In this document: positions 34,005-43,614 of the stretch, in pieces
Numbering within the stretch: the first letter of the stretch is position 1
How the letters are laid out: each line of letters begins with the position of its first letter
From: an uncultured Gammaproteobacteria bacterium
GTDB taxonomy: Bacteria > Patescibacteriota > Microgenomatia > Levybacterales > UBA12049
Direction of reading: 5' to 3'
DNA length: 54,189 nt
NCBI GenBank assembly: GCA_964613075.1
Contig: CAZTFV010000002.1
Location: 1 to 54,189, forward strand
Program-made: the position numbers and the translations under genes
Notes under the pieces: generated by a model
What the model was told of the DNA's origin: nothing
Seen by the model: the letters and a program-made list of their open reading frames with translations, nothing else
Database searches by the model: none

Positions 34005-36594
34005 CCAAAGGAATAGGTATTTTGGGAACTAATTCCACTGCATGGACTTCAACATCACCGGGAAAATTTCCAAAATCAAAACCAACTTTTTCAACATATC
34101 TTTGTAGAAATTGTCCAGGCCAGCTGTACGCCTCAGATTCATTGATTGGGATCTCATATTCATGCACTTCTCCATCAATTTTCATTGGAAAGTAAAAAGA
34201 TGTTATGTGTTCTGGAACACCGGTTAAATTTGTCTTCCAATAGAATCTCACATAAACCTGATCAATTCCTTGTGATTTCAGATACAAAAGTTGTTCAGAA
34301 CTTAACGATGATGAAAAAGTTTGTAAGTCACGCATCAATTCTGTCCTGCTTTTCCAGTTAGTAAAAATATCACTCGCATTAGCAAGTATGGGCTCAGCTT
34401 CGTCAAGTTGTACGAATCCTCCTCTTTGCGTTGTAAATACGGTAACTCTTATGTATCTTGCCTCATACACTCTATCCCATTTATCCATCATTTCCCATTT
34501 GTTATTGTTTTCTTTTAGCATGACTCGTTTCCACGTTTTCCCGTCCAAGGACACTTCGTACATATAGCGAGAAGGAGTTAAGGTATCATCAAGAAGCCCC
34601 CCCAATAAAAATCCGGAAATCGAATATTGTTTTTGCAAGTCAATGATAAACCAGTCCGGCCCACAATCTGCATGCCATACAGAGCGTGTTCCGAGATTGC
34701 CATCAATGAGATGTTCGGGATCATACATCGTTCTTCCCCCAGACGTATTACATACCGTTATTTTCTTTTTATCAAAAAGTTCAAAATGACTTCTTGCATA
34801 CTCTACAAGAGCTTTAAATTTTCTTTCATTTTGAAATCCTTCACCATTTCCGGTATTTTGCAGCGTTGCCCTCAGCTTCACCTTTGCTTTATACGGAATC
34901 TCAACAGGGGAGATGTTTTTTACGGTAAATAATAGTGTATCGTCAGAAATATTTATTGGGTTTTTTAGCAAAACTGCTTGTTTCTGATCTTTTATTATTT
35001 TTTTTGCAGCTGAGGTTCGATCCACTACGCCTTTACTCTGGTCAAAATCTATAAAAAATATCCTATTTATATCTACGTCTTTGGTAGTAAGAGAAATCAA
35101 TACTTTTTCAAATTCTTCATAGGCCCAATTAAGTCTCGTCTGTTTTATTCCAGGGTAAAAATCTTGAGCAAGATTATGCCATTCTTCTAAATAGTCTCGT
35201 AATTGATAACTGTAAGGGAAGAAATAAATTATGTCTTGTTCTTTATACGAAGGAAGAGTAGTAAAAATAGTTTTATAAAATAATTTTTGATATTTGAGTA
35301 TATTTTCATATTTATCATCTTGTATGCTCCATAAAAGAGTGATATTCAAGAATAGATTTATACCTATAACTAATCCGGCAATCAGAATATTATTTCTTCG
35401 TGAAGAAAAAACTCCTCTAAAGAAGATAGTGATAAAGCCGACTATTCCTAAAAATGATACATATCGCCATCGGTGTTCATCATACCCGTAGTCTTTCATT
35501 AAATCACCATCACTTAATGTTATTGCGAAGGAATAAAAGAAAGAAGCAATGATGATAAACAACAGAAAAAAGAGTAAGAATCGAAATGATTTATCTCTTC
35601 TCCTCATGTATGTGATTGCTATAAGGGTTGTAAAAATAAGACCTCCTAGAAATGAATAGAAATAAATATAGAGTCTATTCTGCCCAAAGAATTCTCCAAT
35701 GACACTATGAGCGAAATTTAAGAATGGATAAGGAACTATCTGAGGAGGAAGATAGTAAAAAAATCCTAATATCCCATATTTTATATACTCAGCATACTGC
35801 CCCTCACTAATAAGTTTCAACATGAGCCTTGCTCTGTGGTCATTAAAATCATACGGCGAAGCTCCATAAGAATTCCTGAGAAACAAAAATCCAACAACGA
35901 TAAGGATATAAGGAATAAGAGGAATTAAAAATAGTAACATGCTCTTAAGAGTTTTCTGAGTTCTCCTGAGTGCAAGCATTCGTTGTAGTAGAGAGAAGTT
36001 ATAAAAAAAGACAGAGTCAAAGAGCACAAGTATTAGTAAGAAAAATACTCCTGAATCTCGTAGTGGAATTATTGGGAAAAATAGAACAAGTGACAAGAAG
36101 TAAAATAGCAGTCGTTTCTGTTCACGATACATTTTATAGAAATAAAGTGAAGCTAAAAACAAGAGTAACTGTGCTGAGTACATTGAATAAGCACTTCCGA
36201 TAGTTACAGCATCGTGCCATGCAGTACTCACTCCAAATAATATTCCAATTGCAAAACCGAGAGCTCGACTTTTGAAGAACGATGCAAAAAAGACAATTAC
36301 CATCCAGACTACGAAAATGTGAAGGACAAGTCCAGTGAAGTACCACCCACTTGGATTAATACCGAAGACAAGATAGTTGAAATAGCTTATAAAACCATGA
36401 CTTTTCATGAGAGAAACAAAGTTGAACTCTCTTCCGGTGAGTTGAAGAATCCATCCTATTTCTCTATTCGCATGAAACGGAAAACTGAATATTTTATAAA
36501 ACGTGATAAATTCAATAAGAGCAATACATAAAAATTGTAACGGTAAACTACGAAGTAAGATATCGAAAATTTGAGAAAGTAATCTAGGTATCAT
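33979..36594 (-). CDS. Polytopic membrane protein (GT-C-like candidate) fused to a C-terminal F5/8 type C (discoidin, CBM32-like) domain
   Basis: 871 aa. The N-terminal ~430 aa are hydrophobic. The C-terminal part carries DGNLGTRSVWHADCGPDWFIIDLQKQYSISGFLL...VSLDGKTWKRV...ARYIRVTV. Confidence 0.6.
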   Translation of the reverse strand: MIPRLLSQIFDILLRSLPLQFLCIALIEFITFYKIFSFPFHANREIGWILQLTGREFNFVSLMKSHGFISYFNYLVFGINPSGWYFTGLVLHIFVVWMVIVFFASFFKSRALGFAIGILFGVSTAWHDAVTIGSAYSMYSAQLLLFLASLYFYKMYREQKRLLFYFLSLVLFFPIIPLRDSGVFFLLILVLFDSVFFYNFSLLQRMLALRRTQKTLKSMLLFLIPLIPYILIVVGFLFLRNSYGASPYDFNDHRARLMLKLISEGQYAEYIKYGILGFFYYLPPQIVPYPFLNFAHSVIGEFFGQNRLYIYFYSFLGGLIFTTLIAITYMRRRDKSFRFLLFFLLFIIIASFFYSFAITLSDGDLMKDYGYDEHRWRYVSFLGIVGFITIFFRGVFSSRRNNILIAGLVIGINLFLNITLLWSIQDDKYENILKYQKLFYKTIFTTLPSYKEQDIIYFFPYSYQLRDYLEEWHNLAQDFYPGIKQTRLNWAYEEFEKVLISLTTKDVDINRIFFIDFDQSKGVVDRTSAAKKIIKDQKQAVLLKNPINISDDTLLFTVKNISPVEIPYKAKVKLRATLQNTGNGEGFQNERKFKALVEYARSHFELFDKKKITVCNTSGGRTMYDPEHLIDGNLGTRSVWHADCGPDWFIIDLQKQYSISGFLLGGLLDDTLTPSRYMYEVSLDGKTWKRVMLKENNNKWEMMDKWDRVYEARYIRVTVFTTQRGGFVQLDEAEPILANASDIFTNWKSRTELMRDLQTFSSSLSSEQLLYLKSQGIDQVYVRFYWKTNLTGVPEHITSFYFPMKIDGEVHEYEIPINESEAYSWPGQFLQRYVEKVGFDFGNFPGDVEVHAVELVPKIPIPLGGEEQSEK

Positions 36595-37532
36595 CGTTTT
36601 TCTATAACAAAAATCATAAGGGGATTAAATAGTGAGACTTTTGCAATATATTTGAACAAAGATTTTACCATTTGATTTGAAATTGTGTTAAACTGATAAT
36701 CCATGATTAAATTTCCTGCATATATCACTTTAAACCCGGACTTGACTACCATTTTTTTCATGTGAGATATAGTGTAGGACAGGTTGTATCCTGTTTTTAA
36801 ATATTTTCCCTTCAACACTTTTAGATGAATAAATTCGTAAATAGGTTTTAACCCAAAAACGTGAGGAATATCTCCGCTTTTAAATTGATGATAAGTAAGA
36901 GTACCCAATGATATTTTAGGAATGATAAAAACCACTCTGCCTTTTTTAACAAGTGCAGTTTGCAAATGATCGAAAACCTTTTCTAAGTTTTTAAAATACT
37001 CCAGCGACATTGCTGAAAAGAAAAATTGGTTACTGTTTTTTCTAAAGATACTCTGTGTTATATCCGCGCAAACAAAAATTCCGTTAGCCTTATTGCTTCT
37101 AAAGTTTTCCTTTGCTTCAAGCAACGCATCTAAAGAAAAATCAATCAGTATTGGAATTTTTTTATACAGCTTGTTTACAACCAAAGCCATCATACCGTTT
37201 CCTGCACCAATATCAATGAAATAGTCATTTATCATATTTTCTTTTACAAAATGCAAATACGCTTGTATATAACTATTATGCAAAGCGTCTTGATAGGTAA
37301 TATTTCTATTACCCTGTTTTCTATACAGCTTATTCCAACTTCTCAAGCTCAGTCTTACATCATTTCTAGAAATTTTTTTATTTAATAGTACTATGCCTTT
37401 TTTTATCGGGTATTTCCTGCGACAAGAGCAGATGAAAGCAGAATCATGAAAAAAAAGCTTTCCACCACATGTCGGACAAACAAATGTGTAAGTAATTGCC
37501 TGAATATTTTTTTGGCTATAGCTTTCGTGCAT
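36591..37532 (-). CDS. SAM-dependent methyltransferase with N-terminal Trm112-like zinc ribbon
   Basis: CPTCGGKL...ICSCRRKYPIKKGIVLL, then FIDIGAGNG. Confidence 0.7.
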   Translation of the reverse strand: MHESYSQKNIQAITYTFVCPTCGGKLFFHDSAFICSCRRKYPIKKGIVLLNKKISRNDVRLSLRSWNKLYRKQGNRNITYQDALHNSYIQAYLHFVKENMINDYFIDIGAGNGMMALVVNKLYKKIPILIDFSLDALLEAKENFRSNKANGIFVCADITQSIFRKNSNQFFFSAMSLEYFKNLEKVFDHLQTALVKKGRVVFIIPKISLGTLTYHQFKSGDIPHVFGLKPIYEFIHLKVLKGKYLKTGYNLSYTISHMKKMVVKSGFKVIYAGNLIMDYQFNTISNQMVKSLFKYIAKVSLFNPLMIFVIEKR

Positions 37533-38487
37533 TGATTTGTTTTTTAATGTCAGAAATTATTTTATCAATAAATAACTCACCAACACCAATGCTAAAATAC
37601 TGCTTTTTCCTTCCTGAGAAAAACAAATAATACGTATTGTCTATCTTCACGATATCTCCCCTTCCTGATTCGTCTTGATTCCATGTATTCTCTTTGCCAA
37701 ACCGTAGGATGGGATTATTTTCGAATTTCATAAAGCGCAATAAATCATTACTGAAAGCAAGGCCAATAGCTCCTTTGGCATCTTTATTATACCCTGTGTA
37801 AAAGAGTAGATATAGTTTTCCAAATTTTAAGACTCGCGGGTCAGATATGTGATGTTCGTCCCATTCTCCCCTTTTTCCTAAATTTAGTATTGGTTCTTTA
37901 ATAAATTTATCCCATGTTACAAGATCTTTTCCTTTTGCAATACCGATTCTTTCAGTAATCCCATCGTGTCCTGCGTAGAACATATAATAGTCATCTGCAC
38001 GCCTAATCACACAGCACCTACTTACGTGCTTTTTGTCCCACCAAAAGTCTCCTGCTTTTAATACTGGGTTTTCGTTTATTCGTTTCCAGTGAAGTAGGTC
38101 TTTACTTTTCGCAACACCTATACCTTCTTTCCACGACGATCTCGGACTGCCATCATAAAACATATAATATTCTTTATTTACCTTAACAATGAAACTATGT
38201 GCAACCAAACCTGAATCCCAATCATTCTTATTCTCTGAGGGTGAGAATATCGGATTTTCAGACAATCTTTGCCATTCGTAAAGGTCATTGCTCACTGCAA
38301 CTCCAATATCATGTCTCATTGTATATCCTGTTTTCCCAGAGTAAAACAAATAAAATATACCGTCCTTTTTAATAACTTGGGGGTGGTATACCCATCTTGC
38401 TTCCCAATTTTTTCTTAAGAAGATAAAAGGAAACCCTTTCGGTAAGAGAATTGCTCTTTGCTTACCAATATAATTATTTTCTCTCAT
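37516..38487 (-). CDS. Five-bladed beta-propeller glycoside hydrolase/phosphorylase-like protein (GH130/GH43/GH32 clan), cytoplasmic
   Basis: Five repeats of the pattern [FY]Y[ML]F[YF].G....IG.A.S.DL..W......P[IV]L, plus HHISDPRV. No signal peptide or TM segment. Confidence 0.55.
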   Translation of the reverse strand: MRENNYIGKQRAILLPKGFPFIFLRKNWEARWVYHPQVIKKDGIFYLFYSGKTGYTMRHDIGVAVSNDLYEWQRLSENPIFSPSENKNDWDSGLVAHSFIVKVNKEYYMFYDGSPRSSWKEGIGVAKSKDLLHWKRINENPVLKAGDFWWDKKHVSRCCVIRRADDYYMFYAGHDGITERIGIAKGKDLVTWDKFIKEPILNLGKRGEWDEHHISDPRVLKFGKLYLLFYTGYNKDAKGAIGLAFSNDLLRFMKFENNPILRFGKENTWNQDESGRGDIVKIDNTYYLFFSGRKKQYFSIGVGELFIDKIISDIKKQINARKL

Positions 38488-39109
38488 GTGACTTGGTGAT
38501 GATAGAGATGTTATATGCGAGAAATTGGACAGGGGAAAATCTCTCCATTATTTTCTCATATATTTTAAATAGAGAAACCAGTTTTTCTGGATAATGGTGA
38601 GCTTCGAAGAATCTATACTCAACTTTGTCATTCTTAAATACTGATTGAATCACGGACTTAAAATATGCTTGCTTCCAATGATCATGTCTTCTCATCTTTA
38701 CCATATGGGGATAAAAGAGTGGATTATACCTGTTACCCTCTACAATCACTATTGTTCCACCAGTTCTACAAACTCTCCTCAGTTCCTCAAGAGCGCTTAC
38801 ATGTTTCATCCTCCTTTGCCTTGGTTCGTCTATATGATGTAAAACATCATGCAAAAAAAGATAGTCAAAACCATTTGTTTCATAAGGAAGATTGTAAATG
38901 CTGCCGATATTAAAGGGTATATCTTTATAGACAAATTCTCTATCTTTATAGACATCAGATGCATATACTCTCAAACCGTATTCCTCTTTGAGAATTTTGG
39001 CATCTAGCCCGTTTCCGCATCCAACATCAAGCAATTTTTTGCCTTTTTGGAATTTGAAGTTTAGTTTGTTGAATAAATCATTCTTATACTGACTGTACTT
39101 TCTTACCAT
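38474..39109 (-). CDS. Class I SAM-dependent methyltransferase
   Basis: LLDVGCGNGLDA, VYASDV, LFLHDVLHHIDEP. Confidence 0.8.
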   Translation of the reverse strand: MVRKYSQYKNDLFNKLNFKFQKGKKLLDVGCGNGLDAKILKEEYGLRVYASDVYKDREFVYKDIPFNIGSIYNLPYETNGFDYLFLHDVLHHIDEPRQRRMKHVSALEELRRVCRTGGTIVIVEGNRYNPLFYPHMVKMRRHDHWKQAYFKSVIQSVFKNDKVEYRFFEAHHYPEKLVSLFKIYEKIMERFSPVQFLAYNISIITKSHERK

Positions 39110-40217
39110 GGTATTTTTTGATACTTGTAAGCCCTAACAGTAATTTAACCACTTTTATTGAAATATTGAGATCTTTGTAATCATCTGGTATTGTTGTGAT
39201 CTGCTCCTTTATTGCCATTCCCACTGCAGAGAGAACTGCATGCTTATTGAAACCGCATACAATGATAGAACCTTTGTCAAATGCTTCAGGTCTTTCAGTG
39301 CTCTTTCTCAGCTGTATTGCTTTGAATCGTAAGATCGCTGATTCTTCTTGGATAGTCCCACTATCTGACAACACACATAATGCTTCTTTTTGCAGTTTAT
39401 TATAATCAAAGTATCCAAAAGGCTTCAGCGTTTGTACCAATGGATGTAGCGCAACATGGAAACTCTCAAGTCTTTTTTTTGTTCTCGGATGAAGAGAAAT
39501 TATTATTTTTTTAGAATACTGTTCTGCCAAAGCATTTATCGCTTCAAATAGTTCTCTCACATTTTCCTCGTTATCAACATTCTCTTCTCTGTGGATGCTT
39601 ATAAGGAAATAGTTTCCCGTTTCAATCCCCAGTTGCGAAAGAGATCGAGAGTTCTCAATTTTTCCTTTGAAATACTCAAATACCTCAGTCAGTGGTGATC
39701 CGGTAACAAATATTGTTTTCGGCTCTATTCCCTCCAAAATAAGATACCTTCTACTATGTTCTGTATACGCAAGATTATAATCGCTGATGTGATCGACAAT
39801 CCTTCTGTTAATTTCTTCAGGAACATCCCAATCAAAACTTCTATTTCCTGCCTCCATATGAAAAATGGAGATTTTATATCTCTTGGCAATAATAGCTGAT
39901 AATGCGGTATTAGTATCGCCCAGAACAAGAACTGCGTCTGGTTTTTCTTTTATTATTATTTCTTCAGTTTGAGAGAGGATATTGCCAATTTGTTTGCCAA
40001 GCGTACTAGCTTTTACTTGGAGTATGTACTCTGGTTTTCTCAGTTCTAATTCTTCAAAAAACACGCTACTCAATTCATAATCAAAGCTCTGGCTCGTAAA
40101 GACAATTTTATGATCAAAATATTCATCTATTTTTGGGATTACTCGTGAGAGCCTGATAATTTCAGGACGAGTCCCAAGAATTGTCATAATTTTTATTTTT
40201 TCAAGCTTTTTTGCCAT
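39084..40217 (-). CDS. fnlC: Non-hydrolysing UDP-N-acetylhexosamine 2-epimerase (CapG/FnlC/WecB family)
   Basis: IMTILGTRPEIIRLS, VLGDTNTALSAIIAKR, HMEAGNRSFD, SDSGTIQEES. Lies directly downstream of the capE/fnlA-like gene. Confidence 0.75.
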   Translation of the reverse strand: MAKKLEKIKIMTILGTRPEIIRLSRVIPKIDEYFDHKIVFTSQSFDYELSSVFFEELELRKPEYILQVKASTLGKQIGNILSQTEEIIIKEKPDAVLVLGDTNTALSAIIAKRYKISIFHMEAGNRSFDWDVPEEINRRIVDHISDYNLAYTEHSRRYLILEGIEPKTIFVTGSPLTEVFEYFKGKIENSRSLSQLGIETGNYFLISIHREENVDNEENVRELFEAINALAEQYSKKIIISLHPRTKKRLESFHVALHPLVQTLKPFGYFDYNKLQKEALCVLSDSGTIQEESAILRFKAIQLRKSTERPEAFDKGSIIVCGFNKHAVLSAVGMAIKEQITTIPDDYKDLNISIKVVKLLLGLTSIKKYHGKKVQSV

Positions 40218-40227
40218 ATATTATAAA

Positions 40228-41247
40228 TTAGCTATGCATTTTTAATTCTTTTTGAATCTCAGGAAGTGAGAGTAATAATTTTTTTGTCTGATTAACGCTA
40301 AGTCTTTTTGTATTATCTGATGTATATCCTTCTCTGTCAATTTTTCTCAATTTTTTCCCTTCTTCAAAGTATTTCTCGTATTCCAGACTCTTTGCCTCTG
40401 GAGGTATCTGATAGAAATCTCCCTCGTCGCGTACTCTTATCCATTCTTCTTTGGAGACGAGCGTTTCATGAACCTTTTCTCCCGCTCTTATCCCTACAAT
40501 TTCAAACCCTTTATCGTACGCAAATAGTCCACATACTGCTTGTGCGAGTGTCAGAAGATCTGCTGCGGGTGCTTTTTTTATATAAATACTGCCATTATCT
40601 TCCTCTGTTAACGCGTGAAGAACAAGTCTTACCGAATCACGTAATGGAAGTAAAAATCGGGTCATAGAGGGCTCTGTAATAGTAAGTTTTTTTCCTTTTT
40701 TTATCTGTTGGATAAAAAGAGGAATAACAGACCCTCGTGAATACATAACATTGCCGTACCTGACACCGCAGAGATTTGTATTCTCTGAATTCCTAGAATG
40801 AGCAATCATCATCTTTTCCATCAGAGCTTTTGACATACCCATCGCATTAATTGGGTACACAGCTTTATCAGTACTGAGTACCACAACTTTTTTTACATTT
40901 CTTGCAATAGCAGCAGTCATAACATTATTTCCACCCAGAATATTTGTACGAACAGCTTCCATTGGGAAAAATTCACAAGTGGGAACTTGTTTTAATGCTG
41001 CTGCGTGAAATATATAATCTACTCCTCTCATCACTCTATATACTGAATCGTAATCTCGTACATCCCCAACTATAAATTCGAGATTCTCTGCAGGATAATT
41101 GTTTCTCATATGAAACTGCTTCAATTCATCTCGACTAAAAACAAGTATTTTTCTTGGTTCAAGATCAAGTAATGCACTAACCATAGTAGAACCAAAAGAT
41201 CCTGTCCCGCCCGTAATTAAAATTATTTTATCTTTTATTATATTCAT
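40228..41247 (-). CDS. fnlA: UDP-GlcNAc 4,6-dehydratase/5-epimerase (CapE/FnlA/WbjB type)
   Basis: ILITGGTGSFGS, FSRDELKQ, GDVRD, FHAAALKQVP. The SDR catalytic motif reads INAMGMSKALMEK (MxxxK instead of YxxxK), as in CapE-type enzymes. Confidence 0.8.
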   Translation of the reverse strand: MNIIKDKIILITGGTGSFGSTMVSALLDLEPRKILVFSRDELKQFHMRNNYPAENLEFIVGDVRDYDSVYRVMRGVDYIFHAAALKQVPTCEFFPMEAVRTNILGGNNVMTAAIARNVKKVVVLSTDKAVYPINAMGMSKALMEKMMIAHSRNSENTNLCGVRYGNVMYSRGSVIPLFIQQIKKGKKLTITEPSMTRFLLPLRDSVRLVLHALTEEDNGSIYIKKAPAADLLTLAQAVCGLFAYDKGFEIVGIRAGEKVHETLVSKEEWIRVRDEGDFYQIPPEAKSLEYEKYFEEGKKLRKIDREGYTSDNTKRLSVNQTKKLLLSLPEIQKELKMHS

Positions 41248-41250
41248 ATA

Positions 41251-42423
41251 TTAATGACTAAGAACTCTTTCTATGTGTTTTCCAAAGAGTAAATAATAAT
41301 CAAATTGTCTCGCATAAGAAAGAGCGTTTTCTCTATATTCTCTTAATGTCTGACTGTCTTTCAGTAATGTAACCACAGCATCCACAAAATCTTCAGATTT
41401 ATACTGAATGATAATTCCCGATTTTGATTTTTTAATTTTGTCTGCTGTTGAAATTGCATCCGTAACGATTACCGGCATACCCATCACCATGTAATCTTTA
41501 ATTTTACCCGGATCCGCGTTTTTAACTTTTTCATCTAAAATTTCTGTATTAAAAGGGGCTATTCCTACTGCCCCTAATGACAAAATCTCCTCTAGCTTTT
41601 TTCTATCTCTTACCCATCCCCAGAATATAACATGTTTTTCAAGCTTCAGCTGTGTAACCATCTGTCTCAATTTATTTTCTTCTTGTCCACCTCCAACTAT
41701 TTCGAGTGTTGCATCGGGGATGCGTTTGAGAATAGAAGGCATAGATCTTATGGCAAGATCTACACCCATATGCGGCACAAGATGTCCGGAAAAAATTAAT
41801 TTCGTTTTTCCAATTTTAAGAAATTTTTTTCTCGGGGATTTTTCAAACCAAACGCCAATAGGAAGTGTATATTGTTTTTTTCGCAAAGCTTTATCCATAC
41901 CGTTATGTTTTTCTCTCGCATATGCCATTACAGGTGAGACGTTCCAAACTTCATCAGCGTATGTAACGCAAAACTTTTCTACTATATGATACAGTTTGTT
42001 TAGTAGTTGGTTATTAAACCGAGTTGGAAAATAATCGATCGTGTAGTACACAACTTTTTTTACAATTCTTAGTTTTTTTAATATAATTCCTGAAAAGGCA
42101 TTAAGATTATCCACCCCAATAAAAACGTCAAATTCTCCATTCTTTACTATCCAGTAAAGAGTAAATAGTATATCTTTGACGGTGCTGTAGAAAATATTCT
42201 CGGTTTTTCTTTTCTGTTCCTTTCTCTCAATAAGTTTTTCTCCCTCGCTTAATTCATAAAAAGAATTATCTTCAATCGTTGTATCATGAGTCGGGAGTGG
42301 ATGACTTATATAGAGAAGCTCTCCATATTTCATTTGACGTAAATAATCTCTTAATGCTTGGGGTGCTGAGTATATTCGGTAGTGTACGCTAAGGGCTATT
42401 CGAGAATGAGCGCTATTATTCAT
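41251..42423 (-). CDS. GT4-like (GT-B fold) glycosyltransferase
   Basis: Start set at ATG 42423 (MNNSAHSRIAL), an 8-nt overlap with the cupin gene. C-terminal half has LEIVGGGQEENKL and MGMPVIVTD. Sits between the capF and capE homologs. Confidence 0.65.
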   Translation of the reverse strand: MNNSAHSRIALSVHYRIYSAPQALRDYLRQMKYGELLYISHPLPTHDTTIEDNSFYELSEGEKLIERKEQKRKTENIFYSTVKDILFTLYWIVKNGEFDVFIGVDNLNAFSGIILKKLRIVKKVVYYTIDYFPTRFNNQLLNKLYHIVEKFCVTYADEVWNVSPVMAYAREKHNGMDKALRKKQYTLPIGVWFEKSPRKKFLKIGKTKLIFSGHLVPHMGVDLAIRSMPSILKRIPDATLEIVGGGQEENKLRQMVTQLKLEKHVIFWGWVRDRKKLEEILSLGAVGIAPFNTEILDEKVKNADPGKIKDYMVMGMPVIVTDAISTADKIKKSKSGIIIQYKSEDFVDAVVTLLKDSQTLREYRENALSYARQFDYYLLFGKHIERVLSH

Positions 42424-42811
42424 AATACGTATCTGGGTCTTCCGGATTGAAACTTTCGTTGAGATATGAAAGTAAATAGAGATCCTCTTTACCAATATTT
42501 GTTATTGCATGAAAGTAATTTGTCGGAATTTCAACTAATTTTAGATCGCGTTCATCAAGGATAATTTGTTCTTTTTCACTTCCATCCTTACTCCATACTT
42601 TGAGTAATCCTTTTCCTTTTAGTACAATATACCATTCTCTTTTCCTCCTATGGTAGTGCTTTCCCTTGATTATACCAGGCTTTGCTACAGTTACAAGAAG
42701 ATGACCAAATAGTGGATTGCTTACGTCTTCAACTCGAATCAATTCTGCAAGCCATCCCCTATAATCTTTTTTTATTTCCAGTTTTTTCGTTCTGAGTAAT
42801 TTTTTTTTCAT
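42416..42811 (-). CDS. fnlB: Stand-alone cupin corresponding to the C-terminal (C3-epimerase) domain of CapF/FnlB
   Basis: DYRGWLAELI, VAKPGIIKGKHYHRRKREWYIVLKGKG, EIPTNYFHAITNIG, FNPEDPDTYY. All align by eye to the CapF cupin domain. ATGA overlap with the preceding SDR gene. Confidence 0.7.
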   Translation of the reverse strand: MKKKLLRTKKLEIKKDYRGWLAELIRVEDVSNPLFGHLLVTVAKPGIIKGKHYHRRKREWYIVLKGKGLLKVWSKDGSEKEQIILDERDLKLVEIPTNYFHAITNIGKEDLYLLSYLNESFNPEDPDTYYE

Positions 42812-43614
42812 TGCAATGTTACTTTAAGCCCCTCTTCAAGAGAAGTGTTTGGTTTCCAACCGAGCACTTCGTATACATGGTGAAAGTCCTTTTTCACAAT
42901 TGGATCTGTAATTTTTTCCTTTGCATGTACTACCTTTACTTTTTTTTCTAGCATTTTCTCAATCATACGTACGATGTCATTTATCGATGTTAATCGTCCA
43001 GTACAAATATCAAAAGTCTCTACATTTCTTGGATCGTAATTAATTGTTTTTATAATTGCATCAACCGCATCTTTAACAAATAAATAGTCTTTTTTCTGTT
43101 CACCATTTCCTTTAATGGTTAGTTTTTCATCACGCTTAATTAAATGTGCAAAAGTAGCTATAACTGAATTATAAAACGGTTTTGCTCCGGGACCATAAAG
43201 ATTTGAAAAACGTAAAGTGACTGCGCGAAGATTAGCTTTTATTGCGTAATGTGCGATTAATTCTTCTGCAAATTTTTTAGAATAGGCGTAAAGATTTTCA
43301 GGATAATAAATCTGGAAAGTTGATGAAAAAATAAGCTTTGCAGTTGGAGCATAAGAAGTAATGGCCACAAGAAGTCCATATGTTCCCAAAGTATTAGTTT
43401 TTAGCAAATCCATATCAGCGTCTCTATTAAGCCCGGCAAGATGGATAACTATATCACTATTTGCAAGCAAAATTTTAAGGCTCTTCGGTCTCAATAAATC
43501 ATGTCTGTCCCTGTCAAATACTGCTAATTCACAGTTATATTCCGAAAGAGCATGCATCAAATGTTTCCCTAGAAATCCATTACTCCCTGTTATGACAATT
43601 TTCTTTTTCTTCAT
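42808..43614 (-). CDS. fnlB: Stand-alone SDR corresponding to the N-terminal (reductase) domain of CapF/FnlB
   Basis: KIVITGSNGFLGKHL, VIHLAGLNR, YAYSKKFAEE, and PFYNSVIATFAHLIKRDEKLTI (a CapF-like block). Confidence 0.7.
   Translation of the reverse strand: MKKKKIVITGSNGFLGKHLMHALSEYNCELAVFDRDRHDLLRPKSLKILLANSDIVIHLAGLNRDADMDLLKTNTLGTYGLLVAITSYAPTAKLIFSSTFQIYYPENLYAYSKKFAEELIAHYAIKANLRAVTLRFSNLYGPGAKPFYNSVIATFAHLIKRDEKLTIKGNGEQKKDYLFVKDAVDAIIKTINYDPRNVETFDICTGRLTSINDIVRMIEKMLEKKVKVVHAKEKITDPIVKKDFHHVYEVLGWKPNTSLEEGLKVTLQ

Noticed and set aside
42800-42811. Possibility that the split CapF (SDR plus cupin) is a frameshifted pseudogene
   Set aside because: The SDR frame ends in TGA before the A9 run, so slippage in the run cannot fuse the two ORFs. 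The junction is a clean ATGA overlap and both halves keep their motifs. I treat it as a genuine fission, flagged for checking against read data.
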